Positions 47,716 to 56,639 of a stretch of DNA of 64,000 bases are shown one piece after another. The notes under the pieces are model-generated. The model searched no databases and was not told the DNA's origin. It saw nothing but the letters and a program-made list of their open reading frames with translations. The position numbers and the translations under genes were made by a program. Position 1 is the first letter of the stretch, and each line of letters begins with the position of its first letter. Source of the stretch: Desulfobacterales bacterium. GTDB taxonomy: Bacteria; Desulfobacterota; Desulfobacteria; Desulfobacterales; UBA5852. The stretch covers positions 1,920,001 to 1,984,000 of the forward strand of contig CAXXVS010000002.1 of assembly GCA_963674755.2 (NCBI GenBank), in the 5' to 3' direction.

Positions 47716-49032
47716 ATGAAGACGCTGCAGGTGGGACTGCTGGGATTCGGCACGGTGGGGGCCGGTGTCGCGAAGTTGCTGGTGGAAAGCGCCGACCTTA
47801 TCCAGGCCCGCTTGGGCATGGCGCTGAACCTTAAATATGTGGCCGATATCGACATAGTGAGCGACCGGGGCGTGCGCCTGCCGGAGGGCGTCCTGATCAA
47901 GGACGCCGAGCGGGTGGTCAGCGATCCGGAGGTGGATATCGTCGTGGAGATGATCGGCGGCGAAGGCATCGCCAAAACCATGATCCTGAAAGCCGTCGAA
48001 AACGGGAAATCCGTGGTCACCGCCAACAAGGCTCTGCTGGCCAAGCACGGCGCTGAAATCTTCAAGGCCGCCGACCTCAAGGGGGTGGACCTGGCCTATG
48101 AGGCCAGCGTAGGGGGCTGCATGCCGGTCATCAAAACCATCCGGGAATCCCTGGTGGGCAACCGCATCGTGGGCATGGGCGGCATTTTGAACGGCACCTG
48201 CAACTACATCCTGAGCCGCATCACGGACGAGGGCCTCGGCTTCCCGGAAGCCCTGGCCAGGGCCACCGAGGCCGGCTATGCCGAAGCCGATCCTACGTTG
48301 GACGTGGAAGGCTTCGACACGGCCCACAAGCTGGCCATCCTGACCTCCCTGGCCTACGGTACCGAGGTCAATTTCGACGACATCTATATCGAGGGCATCA
48401 CCCAGATCACGCCGCTGGACATCGATTACGCCCGGCAGTTCGGCTACCGCATCAAGCTGCTGGCCATCAGCAAAAACCACGGTGATCGGGTGGAGGCCCG
48501 CGTGCATCCCACCATGATCCCCGAAGACAACCTGCTGTCCACCATCAGCGGATCCCTCAACGCCCTCAAGATCTCCGGCGATGCCGTGGAGGACGTCATG
48601 CTCTACGGCCACGGGGCCGGCCGGATGCCCACGGCCAGCGCCGTGATCGGCGACGTTGTGGATATCGCCCGCAACCTGGCCTACGGCGCCGGCGGCCGGG
48701 TGCCCCTGCGCTCCTTCCAGCCGGACCGGATCGGGCGTATTCCGATCCTGCCCATGGACGACCTGGTGACCCATTATTATTTCCGCTTTGCCGTCAAGGA
48801 CCAGCCCGGGGTGCTTTCCACCATTGCGGGTATTCTGGGGGAATACGGCATCAGCATCCAGTCCGTCCAGCAGAAGGGCCGTAAATCCACCGGGTCCGTG
48901 CCGGTGGTCATGCTGACCCACCAGGCCCGGGAAGCCGATGTGCAGGAGGCCTTCCGCCGCATCGGAGCCCTGGATGTGGTGGAAGAAAAGCCCATGCTCA
49001 TCCGACTGGAGGAGGCCGACCGCCTGGATTGA
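47716..49032 (+). CDS. hom: Homoserine dehydrogenase with ACT domain
   Basis: GFGTVG, VVTANK, EASVGG, GILNGTCN, GYAEADP.LDVEG.D.AHK, C-terminal ACT. Confidence 0.96.
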   Translation: MKTLQVGLLGFGTVGAGVAKLLVESADLIQARLGMALNLKYVADIDIVSDRGVRLPEGVLIKDAERVVSDPEVDIVVEMIGGEGIAKTMILKAVENGKSVVTANKALLAKHGAEIFKAADLKGVDLAYEASVGGCMPVIKTIRESLVGNRIVGMGGILNGTCNYILSRITDEGLGFPEALARATEAGYAEADPTLDVEGFDTAHKLAILTSLAYGTEVNFDDIYIEGITQITPLDIDYARQFGYRIKLLAISKNHGDRVEARVHPTMIPEDNLLSTISGSLNALKISGDAVEDVMLYGHGAGRMPTASAVIGDVVDIARNLAYGAGGRVPLRSFQPDRIGRIPILPMDDLVTHYYFRFAVKDQPGVLSTIAGILGEYGISIQSVQQKGRKSTGSVPVVMLTHQAREADVQEAFRRIGALDVVEEKPMLIRLEEADRLD

Positions 49033-49125
49033 ACCGTCTAGCGCGGAAGTCTCAACCAAGGGCTGCGGCCCGGTCGCCAGCCCTCAACACGGCTGTTCAT
49101 CGACGGCCAAACCCTGCGAGGATCG

Positions 49126-49755
49126 ATGCATATCGTCTGTTCTGATTTGGAAGGGGTATTCGTACCGGAAATCTGGATCAATGTGGCCCAGATCACCGGC
49201 ATCGACGAACTGCGGCTGACCACCCGCGACATCAGCGACTACAATGTCCTGATGCGCAAGCGCCTGAGCATATTGGATGCCAACGGGCTGACCCTGCACG
49301 ACATCCAGCAGGTCATCGCCACCATGGAGCCCCTCAAGGGCGCCTTGGAACTCCTGGACTGGCTGCGGGCCCGCACCCGGGTGATCGTCGTCTCGGACAC
49401 CTTCGTGGAATTCGCCGCCCCGCTCATGGAAAAGCTCCAGCGCCCGACCCTGTTCTGCAATTCCCTGACGGTGGCGCCCGACAGCCGGATCACCGGCTAC
49501 ACCCTGCGCCAGCAGGATGGCAAGCGCAAGGTGGTGGAAGGATTGCAGGGCATGAATTTCAAGGTCGTCGCCATGGGCGACTCCTACAACGACATTACCA
49601 TGCTGCAAACGGCCGAAAAGGGCATCCTCTTCCGGCCACCCGAAAACGTGATGGCGGAATATCCGGATTTTCCCGTAACCGACAATTTCGAAGACCTGCG
49701 GGAACTCCTCGGGAAGGCCCTGGCCGATCTCTCCGACGGATCGGACCAGGCTTAA
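49126..49755 (+). CDS. thrH: Phosphoserine phosphatase/homoserine phosphotransferase ThrH
   Basis: DLEGVFVPEIW, TTRDI.DY, SDTF, GDSYND. Confidence 0.93.
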   Translation: MHIVCSDLEGVFVPEIWINVAQITGIDELRLTTRDISDYNVLMRKRLSILDANGLTLHDIQQVIATMEPLKGALELLDWLRARTRVIVVSDTFVEFAAPLMEKLQRPTLFCNSLTVAPDSRITGYTLRQQDGKRKVVEGLQGMNFKVVAMGDSYNDITMLQTAEKGILFRPPENVMAEYPDFPVTDNFEDLRELLGKALADLSDGSDQA

Positions 49756-49796
49756 GCAAGCGGCCGCCGCCAACACCCAGGGTAGGATATGATCGT

Positions 49797-51245
49797 ATGA
49801 AGCAGCTTGTCCATCGTTTCGCCGACTGCCGCCTGCTGGTCATCGGCGATTTGATGATCGACGAATATGTCTGGGGCGAAGTGGACCGGATCTCGCCGGA
49901 GGCGCCTGTGCAGGTGGTCTCGGTGGTGCGCGAGGACCTGACCCTGGGCGGGGCCGGCAACGTGGTGAACAACCTGCGGGCCCTGGGAGGGCAGGTTGCC
50001 GTGGCCGGCGTCGTGGGCACGGCCGCAGACGGCAACCGCATGATCGCGATGTTCGAGCACCTGGCTGTGGACTGCCGGGGCGTGGTGCAGGAGGCCGAAC
50101 GCCCCACCACGCGCAAGACCCGCATCATCGCCTCCAGCCAGCACGTGCTGCGGGTGGACCGCGAAACCAAACGCGACATCTCGGCCGCTTCATTCGACCG
50201 GCTGGTGGCCTTTATCGAGGCGGTCATGCCGGAAATCGACATCGTCCTGGTGTCCGATTACAACAAGGGTTTGGTCACCAGGGATCTCATTGCCCGCATC
50301 ACCGCACTGGCGGGTCAACACGGCAAATACATCATCATCGACCCCAAGGGCCAGGACTACACCAAATACCAGGGGGCAACCCTGCTGACCCCCAACCGCA
50401 AGGAAGCCTCCCTGGCCTCGGGGATCGAAATCAGGGACGATGCCAGCCTGGACAAGGCCGCCGCCCGGATCATGGCAAGCGCGGGCATCGAGAAGCTGCT
50501 CATCACCCTGGGCAAGAACGGCATGGCGCTCTTCGCGTCCGGCCGGCCGGTCTATCGCATCGCCACCCGGGCCCGCCAGGTGTACGATGTCTCCGGCGCC
50601 GGGGACACCGTGCTGTCCGTGCTGGGTCTGGCCCTGGGCGCAGGCGCCTCTTTCCAGGAGAGCGTCAGAATGGCCAACAGCGCGGCCGGCATCGTGGTGG
50701 GCAAAGTCGGCACCGCGCCGGTCAGCATCGAGGAACTGACTTCCGCCCTGACCAACACCGGCGGACGCTTCCCCTCCAAGCACCGCACCCTGGAGGAGCT
50801 GCCGGCCATCGTCGGCGACCTGCAGCGCAACGGCCAGAAGGTCGTCATGACCAACGGCTGCTTCGATCTGCTGCACGCCGGCCACGTTCAGCTCTTTGCC
50901 GCGGCCAAGGAGCTGGGGGACTTCCTGATCGTGGCCATCGACGATGACGCTTCGGTGCGGGCCCTCAAAGGCCACGGCCGCCCGGTGATCCGGGCCGAGG
51001 AGCGCATCCGTATTTTGAGCGCCCTGGACAGTGTGGACGCGGTGGTGGTCTTCGCCTCCGACCGATTAGAGGCCGTACTCGAAGCCATACGACCCGATGT
51101 GCTGGTCAAAGGCAGCAACTACGACTCGGATCAGGTGCGGGGCGGCGACCTGGTGATCCGCCAGGGCGGGCGGGTGGCCCTGATTCCCATCAGTGAAGAC
51201 ATCTCGTCCTCACGCATCATCAAGAATATTCAGGAAAACAGATAG
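49797..51245 (+). CDS. hldE: Bifunctional heptose 7-phosphate kinase / heptose 1-phosphate adenylyltransferase
   Basis: RISPEAPV, GGAGNV, SDYNKG, DVSGAGDT, TNGCFDLLHAGH. Confidence 0.95.
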   Translation: MKQLVHRFADCRLLVIGDLMIDEYVWGEVDRISPEAPVQVVSVVREDLTLGGAGNVVNNLRALGGQVAVAGVVGTAADGNRMIAMFEHLAVDCRGVVQEAERPTTRKTRIIASSQHVLRVDRETKRDISAASFDRLVAFIEAVMPEIDIVLVSDYNKGLVTRDLIARITALAGQHGKYIIIDPKGQDYTKYQGATLLTPNRKEASLASGIEIRDDASLDKAAARIMASAGIEKLLITLGKNGMALFASGRPVYRIATRARQVYDVSGAGDTVLSVLGLALGAGASFQESVRMANSAAGIVVGKVGTAPVSIEELTSALTNTGGRFPSKHRTLEELPAIVGDLQRNGQKVVMTNGCFDLLHAGHVQLFAAAKELGDFLIVAIDDDASVRALKGHGRPVIRAEERIRILSALDSVDAVVVFASDRLEAVLEAIRPDVLVKGSNYDSDQVRGGDLVIRQGGRVALIPISEDISSSRIIKNIQENR

Positions 51246-51400
51246 AAGGAAAAGGGGCCGAGGGTTTTAAAACAAACAATATTAACGGTGTCGGGTGGGC
51301 TTACCGCCTTTCCCGGATGCGATAGAGCATCGGAATGTTTTTCGGTTTTTCACTTGACCCCTTGAATCCTCGGATCCTTGAACCCTATTCGAACTGACCT

Positions 51401-51721
51401 ATGTGCTTCCACGACCATCCCCAAGGCCTGCTGATCGATGTGCGGGTGCAACCCAAATCAGCGCAGAACGCCATCGTCGGCGAGCACGACGGCGCCCTCA
51501 AGATCAAGCTCAACGCCCCGCCGGTCGAAGGCAAGGCCAACAAGGCCCTCGTGCAATTCCTGGCCAAACGGCTGCGCTGCCCCAAGTCCTCCCTGGAAAT
51601 CATCTCCGGCCAGACCAGCCGCAGCAAGCGCCTCCTGGTGCGCATCGCCACGGATGCCGAATTCACGGCCCGCCGCGAAACCATGAAAAAGATCCTGAAT
51701 CATCAGGTTTCGAACCGATAA
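51401..51721 (+). CDS. DUF167 (YggU) family protein
   Basis: VRVQPKS, APPVEGKANKAL, GQTSRSK. Confidence 0.9.
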   Translation: MCFHDHPQGLLIDVRVQPKSAQNAIVGEHDGALKIKLNAPPVEGKANKALVQFLAKRLRCPKSSLEIISGQTSRSKRLLVRIATDAEFTARRETMKKILNHQVSNR

Positions 51722-51725
51722 TGAC

Positions 51726-51754
51726 TTGACAATGATACCGGATAGGACTAAATT
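51726..51754 (+). promoter_or_regulatory. Sigma-70 promoter of tRNA-fMet
   Basis: TTGACA-17 bp-TAAATT. Confidence 0.75.
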
Positions 51755-51771
51755 GCGTTTTTACAAATTGA

Positions 51772-51848
<77 letters not shown>

Positions 51849-51857
51849 TCAAACAAA

Positions 51858-51896
51858 ACAGGCACTTACAAGCAATTGTGAGTGCCTTGTTTTTTG
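51858..51896 (+). terminator. Hairpin/terminator after tRNA
   Basis: AGGCACTTACAA-GCAA-TTGTGAGTGCCT followed by a T-tract. Confidence 0.6.
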
Positions 51897-51910
51897 CCTT
51901 AAAATTCCGA

Positions 51911-52134
51911 TTTCTCACCATATTTCCCACCACGAGAAAGCTCCGTCAAATAAGGGCTTGCCGCTTCGGTGGCCTGGTGGGTCGCCTTTGAACCTGGAAA
52001 GGCGCGCCGATCCGGCCGCCATTGGTCCGCGCTTTGCTATTGGCTTATGGGTGGGTTAAAAGGTGGGAAAACGTGGTGGGAAAAGTGACCTACCATCGCC
52101 CCGCGTTCGCCTTCTGGCATTGTTTGGCGATCCG
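51911..52134. mobile_element. Collapsed integrative-element remnant (arm-type repeats plus 3' end of a xis-like gene)
   Basis: TTTCTCACC/TTTCCCACCACG (51911-51934) inverted to GGTGGGAAA/CGTGGTGGGAAA (52062-52083); 52090-52134 encodes RIAKQCQKANAGRW* on the minus strand. Confidence 0.55.
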
Positions 52135-52152
52135 CATTTTAGCTGTCAGACC

Positions 52153-52197
52153 TTCCTAATCCATGTGCCGCAAGTTCGATTCTTGCCGGGGGCACCA
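52153..52197 (+). mobile_element. tRNA-Arg(CCT) 3' fragment, att core site
   Basis: Starts at anticodon loop TTCCTAA, has T-arm GCAAG-TTCGATT-CTTGC and ends GGGGGCACCA; no 5' half; tandem TTTACCCCCAT/TTTGCCCCCAT at 52253-52274. Confidence 0.75.
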
Positions 52198-52522
52198 ATT
52201 AATTCAACCACTTAAAAACTTAGATTTATCACCTTACAGAAAATTATTTCTTTTTACCCCCATTTTGCCCCCATAAAAGCATGGCAACAAAACCGGCCCG
52301 CTATGGTCATCGATCGCGGCATAAAGAATGGGGACCAGGCCCGCCGGCCACCCCCCGGTATCGGTTTTGCTTTTGAGTTGGGGATCAGGCTTGAAGCGGT
52401 GTATACCACCGTACTAAATTAGTGTTTCTCTCAAATTGGGATCTTGCTTATAAGTCACCAACACTATATATAGAGCCATCCCGCATTTTAATCACCATAT
52501 TTTGAGCCAGCTCAAATAACAC

Positions 52523-52550
52523 TTGACAGATTTAACCTACAGGTTAAATT
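52523..52550 (+). promoter_or_regulatory. TA promoter with palindromic operator
   Basis: TTGACA (52523) and TAAATT (52545) overlapped by the perfect palindrome ATTTAACCT-AC-AGGTTAAAT (52530-52549). Confidence 0.65.
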
Positions 52551-52551
52551 C

Positions 52552-52947
52552 ATGAAAATAGCTGAAATTGGTTCTGGCGATGGGTATAGTCTATATGCCC
52601 TCGAAATTAATGATAAATACCCCGTCAAAGAGTACCTTGAAACTTTAGATGAAAAAAGCCTAAAGCAATTTTTAGCTCTGTTCGAACATATATACAGCCA
52701 GGGGCCGCCAACAAACGAACGCAAATTTAGGCGTATATTTGATAAAATTTATGAGCTGAAAATTTATAGTGGAGGACGTATCCTTTGTTTTATCCCTGAT
52801 GAATCACTACCAAAATCACTAATTTTAACACATGGGTTTCCTAAACCCCCTAAAAAAACTTTGCAACGTGAGGCAAAAAGAACAAATAAATATCGATCAG
52901 ATTTCATCGAATACGTAAATAAAAACAAAAATATTATTGTTGAATAA
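52552..52947 (+). CDS. RelE/HigB-superfamily (Gp49-like) toxin
   Basis: PVKEYL, KIYELK, RILCF, LILTHGFPK; basic; precedes an HTH antitoxin. Confidence 0.85.
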   Translation: MKIAEIGSGDGYSLYALEINDKYPVKEYLETLDEKSLKQFLALFEHIYSQGPPTNERKFRRIFDKIYELKIYSGGRILCFIPDESLPKSLILTHGFPKPPKKTLQREAKRTNKYRSDFIEYVNKNKNIIVE

Positions 52948-52963
52948 TCCACGGAGAAGAACC

Positions 52964-53371
52964 ATGGCAAACAAATCAAATTGGTTTAAGGAAAAGCTAA
53001 ATGAGTTCCAAAACGATTTTGATTTCCGCCTTGAAAAATTAATATTGGATGTTACCGAAAAAATTTCAAAGCGGATCAAACAAAAGAAGCTTTCGCGCGT
53101 TAAATTTGCCGAAAAACTGAAAGTATCACCGCCAGCAGTGACAAAAATTCTTGATGGAAATTCTAACTTTACTCTTAGGACGTTATTATCATTAGCGGAT
53201 GCATTAGAGTTGAATCTAAAGATAGATTTCCAAGAAACCGTAACTGTTATGCAGGCAGGAGTAGAGGCGGCATCAACCTATACTTACCTACCAGCAAATA
53301 GTTATGCTGTTGTTGTAAACCAGGCTAATGATATTGCATACGGAACCTCAGTTTTTGAAAAAGCTGCTTAG
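52964..53371 (+). CDS. HigA-like XRE-HTH antitoxin with C-terminal extension
   Basis: LSRVKFAEKLKVS..VTKILDGNSNFTLRTL..ALEL; about 45-aa tail ending EKAA; GGAG RBS. Confidence 0.85.
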   Translation: MANKSNWFKEKLNEFQNDFDFRLEKLILDVTEKISKRIKQKKLSRVKFAEKLKVSPPAVTKILDGNSNFTLRTLLSLADALELNLKIDFQETVTVMQAGVEAASTYTYLPANSYAVVVNQANDIAYGTSVFEKAA

Positions 53372-53395
53372 TTAGATATTTTATAGGAGATAAGT

Positions 53396-53815
53396 ATGAA
53401 GTTAAGCGCTGAAAATAAAAAACTAATAGTAGATGAAGTTGATTTTGTCACAAAAAAAATGAACGCAGAGGAAGATCCCTCAAAAAAACTTTATTACTTC
53501 AGCGCCATCCCGGGTATGATACAGCGTGTTTATAATATAGATTATGATAACGACCTTGTGTTTGCACATTTCGTATTACAAGCGGTTTTTACTGTAATTA
53601 ATGAACGAATTGTTGCGCTGCGGCAAAAAGGGGATGGAAATGTTCAATTGAGCCTCGAACAATTTGAAAAGTTAGAACAATTATCCGTTGAATTTGGTAT
53701 AAAGTTAAAGGAAAACAAGTCAGTTGATACTGTTCTTAAAAAATTTGTATTATTATTAACGTCTACTACTGGAAACGGATATTATTTAATGCAAAAAGGC
53801 TTCTTAAAAATATGA
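53396..53815 (+). CDS. Hypothetical protein, third gene of the TA operon
   Basis: 139 aa, AGGAG RBS, 24 bp after the antitoxin stop, same AT-rich composition; no recognised family. Confidence 0.8.
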   Translation: MKLSAENKKLIVDEVDFVTKKMNAEEDPSKKLYYFSAIPGMIQRVYNIDYDNDLVFAHFVLQAVFTVINERIVALRQKGDGNVQLSLEQFEKLEQLSVEFGIKLKENKSVDTVLKKFVLLLTSTTGNGYYLMQKGFLKI

Positions 53816-53879
53816 TATTGAAGCCCTAATTGTTATATATCAAATCCATTCTGTGTCGCTGATCAAAGATCCGTAGGTC

Positions 53880-54050
53880 CTACCATCGCCTTGCGTTCGC
53901 ATCTTTGCATTGTTCTGCGATCCGACCGGCACGCCACTTATCAATCATTTCGGTTTCACTTATCCAGGACCCGCCGATCTTGGCGGCCGGCAACCCGTCG
54001 TTTCGGATCAATAGTTTGACCGTCGTTTCGGAATAGCCGACATACACACA
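53880..54050 (-). pseudogene. 5'-truncated excisionase-like (HTH_17) gene
   Basis: CVYVGYSETTVKLLIRNDGLPAAKIGGSWISETEMIDKWR...NARRW*; in-frame stop just upstream, next to a REP-like repeat. Confidence 0.65.
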
Positions 54051-54058
54051 AGAAGTCT

Positions 54059-54237
54059 AATGGGGTCAAGTCTGCCCATGACCCAATTAAATTCCAAGAT
54101 GAGTCATGAGCAGATTTGACCCCAAGAACATTTTGGTGATCATCGATAGGATAATTTGCTTATGCAACCAGTCCCACTTATTTGCCTATGAAGGATCAAA
54201 AACGTCGGAATGCGTCATGGGCAGACTTGACCCCATT
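54059..54237. repeat. REP-like repeats: inverted doublet 54059-54124 and single copy 54211-54237
   Basis: Unit (AAT)GGGGTCAAGTCTGCCCATGACCCA, also present at 57403-57429 and 58082-58106. Confidence 0.8.
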
Positions 54238-54242
54238 TTCCC

Positions 54243-54290
54243 ACGCTCCACTCGGACTCGCTGAAGCTCGCCGGTGAACTTAAACGTTAT
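54243..54290 (+). other. Partial integron attC site (L''-L'-R'), R' split by the intron
   Basis: ACGCTCCACTCGG-ACTCGCTGAAGCTCG-CCGGTGAACTT-AAAC-GTTAT; joined to 56550 it gives GTTATGT; R'' replaced by a REP-like repeat. Confidence 0.7.
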
Positions 54291-56549
54291 TCGCGACACG
54301 AAGTCGCGTATTTATATGTGATTTCATATTGTTAGATGAAGTCACCCGGCGTGTCCCCGCCGGTATCCTAGGGAGGCGTGCTACCGTTGCGCTGATGACG
54401 GGGTGCGAAGCCCTCCTGACAATGTACCGAATTGGGAAGAAGCCGTGAGGTGGACTCCCCTCTGGGAATCCCGCCCGGTTAAGGGCTAGGATGGGGCAAT
54501 ATGGCGAGAGTAGGCAAAGGACTTTACGCGCCGTCAGTGAGCACGGGCCTACCGGGATTTACAGGTCTACGACGCGTTTCTTAGCGGTTACGCGTGTTGG
54601 AGAGGTTGCAGGAGACTAACGTGCCTGCACGGGACCCCATTTCCTTCCGGCGTCCAAGTTCCGCCTAAGTTGCCCGTTAAAGTAAATACGTGGAACGTGG
54701 CAACCCCGTCCCTTCGCCCAGGGCAATCCATGGGCAGGCATTACCGTAAGGCGTGTTGCTGGAGTGGCGGGCTGGAGAGGTTGAAAGAAGCGAAGGCCTC
54801 CGGGTAAGCCGGGGGATAGGGCCTGCAACACGGCCCAACGCTAAATCTGGAAGCTTCTGAGCAGACAGAAAACGGCGTGCTGACGTTCAACTGGTATCTT
54901 CTTGCGAGAGAATCCGGAGAACCTTTGAAGATAGGAAAGCGAAAGACGGCCGCCATGGCTGGCGCCCCTGTCGACACCGCCTTACAGTGGCATTCCATCA
55001 ATTGGAAGGCTGCCCAAAGGCATGTCAGAAGGCTGCAGATACGCATCGCAAAGGCTGTGCAGGAAAGAAGATGGGGCAAGGTGCGATCCTTGCAGAACAT
55101 TCTGACCCATTCGTTCTACGCCAAGCTGCTGGCTGTGAAACGAGTGACTTCCAACAAGGGGAAAAATACTCCTGGTGTTGACGGCGTCCTGTGGAAAGGC
55201 GTCCGAGCCAAACGACAGGCTGTTTTCAGCCTGCGCAGACGTGGTTACAGGCCGATGCCGCTGAGAAGGATTTATATTCCGAAGAAAAACGGCAAGAAAC
55301 GCCCTTTGTCAATACCAACTTTAACCGACAGAGCGATGCAGGCATTGTACAAGCTGGCACTGGCGCCGGTGGCGGAAACCACTGCAGATCGAAATTCCTA
55401 TGGATTTCGAGAGGGGCGCTCCTGCGCCGATGCCGTACAAGCCGGATTCAACGCACTGAACAAGCCTAATTCGGCAACATGGGTATTGGAGGCGGATATC
55501 GCCGGTTGTTTCGATAACATATCATCAGGCTGGATGCTTGAAAACATCGTAATGGATAAAGTGGTTCTTCGCAAGTGGCTTACGGCAGGATATGTGGAAA
55601 ACGGCATCCTTTATCCTTCTCGAAAAGGAACACCCCAGGGTGGTATAATCAGCCCGACGCTTTCCAATATGACACTCGACGGTTTGGAGGAGGTCGTCCG
55701 CGGTGCAGTCCCCCGTCGCAATCGTGTCAATTTCATTCGATATGCTGACGATTTCATTGTCACAGGCAAATCGAAACGCCTGCTGGAAAGGACGGTTCAG
55801 CCAGCAGTGGAAAGATTCCTGGCCGAACGCGGACTGACCCTATCAAGGGGAAAGACTGTTATCAGCCATATTCGAGACGGATTTACGTTCCTCGGGCAAA
55901 CTTTTCGAAAGCGTGGTAGGAAACTGCACATCAAACCATCTATTGAGGGAGTTCACGCCCTTAGAAGAAAAGTGGGAGCGTTAATCAGAAAATACGTCAG
56001 CGCGCCGATGGAGGCCCTGATCAAGGAGTTGAACCAAACGCTCCGCGGTTGGGCAAACTACCACCGCCATGTGGTATCATCGGAAGTCTTCAGCCGCATC
56101 GACACATATGTATTTGAACAACTATGGCGCATGCTCCGGAAGCGACATCCGAGGAAATCCAAACAGTGGCTATTCAAGAGATACTGGACAGCCGGTGAAA
56201 GGAAACATATCTTCGCTGTCAAATCCAAGACCGGGAAAGGCGTAGTCAAAGTCTATCAGGTTGTCCGAATATGCTCCATAGGTATTAGGAGACATATCAA
56301 AATCAAAGCGGCCGCAAATCCGTATTTACCTGAGTACTCCAGATACTTTTGGCAACGCAGGAACAATAGGGAGAGCAAGCTGTTGCCGGTAGTCTCGGCA
56401 AGAGAATTACGAGCAACGGTTGCATAGGAAGTTAACAGCCGGGCCGCCCACCAAGGGTTGCCTTGAAGATGCTTGAGCCGTGTGATGGGAAACTATCATG
56501 CACGGTTCTTAGGGGGGAAAGAGGCTGCAAAGCCTCTGACCTACCCGGT
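54291..56549 (+). mobile_element. Group II intron (IIB/chloroplast-like class), about 2.26 kb
   Basis: 5' TCGCGACACGAAGTCGC; domain V GAGCCGTGTGATGGGAAACTATCATGCACGGTTC (56475-56508); domain VI ending CCTACCCGGT; internal RT. Confidence 0.85.
54955..56427 (+). CDS. ltrA: Group II intron reverse transcriptase/maturase, no HNH endonuclease
   Basis: W.SINW, NKGKNTPGVDG, RPLSIPT..DR, SYGFR, DIAGCFD, GTPQGG.ISP, RYADDF, FLG, LRGWANY. Start uncertain (54877 or 54955). Confidence 0.95.
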   Translation: MAGAPVDTALQWHSINWKAAQRHVRRLQIRIAKAVQERRWGKVRSLQNILTHSFYAKLLAVKRVTSNKGKNTPGVDGVLWKGVRAKRQAVFSLRRRGYRPMPLRRIYIPKKNGKKRPLSIPTLTDRAMQALYKLALAPVAETTADRNSYGFREGRSCADAVQAGFNALNKPNSATWVLEADIAGCFDNISSGWMLENIVMDKVVLRKWLTAGYVENGILYPSRKGTPQGGIISPTLSNMTLDGLEEVVRGAVPRRNRVNFIRYADDFIVTGKSKRLLERTVQPAVERFLAERGLTLSRGKTVISHIRDGFTFLGQTFRKRGRKLHIKPSIEGVHALRRKVGALIRKYVSAPMEALIKELNQTLRGWANYHRHVVSSEVFSRIDTYVFEQLWRMLRKRHPRKSKQWLFKRYWTAGERKHIFAVKSKTGKGVVKVYQVVRICSIGIRRHIKIKAAANPYLPEYSRYFWQRRNNRESKLLPVVSARELRATVA

Positions 56550-56639
56550 GTGAAACCAAAACAAACGGTCGGAAATGGGCAGGCTCTCTCCATAGTTGCT
56601 GAGAGCATCAATCAAATGATTGATAGCGAGGAGAATGGC

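Noticed and set aside
20..51245. Many long ORFs antisense or frame-shifted to called genes (e.g. 1464-3170, 23806-25170, 35933-37348, 45602-47443, 47611-49059)
   Set aside because: Shadow ORFs of GC-rich coding DNA: no motifs and almost fully overlapping well-supported genes.
51354..51385. 8-bp degenerate tandem repeat TTGACCCC/TTGAATCC/TCGGATCC/TTGAACCC
   Set aside because: Too short and degenerate to assign a function.
52120..52197. Complete tRNA-Arg gene
   Set aside because: No 5' acceptor strand or D-arm; only the 3' half is present.
53396..53815. SecB chaperone call for the third TA gene
   Set aside because: No SecB-like beta-strand pattern visible; left hypothetical pending a structure search.
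54877..56427. Retron, DGR or other defence RT
   Set aside because: The maturase domain and flanking domain V/VI RNA identify a group II intron.
56463..56639. N-terminal extension of the 300-aa ORF
   Set aside because: It begins in intron domains V-VI; the real start is ATG 56640.
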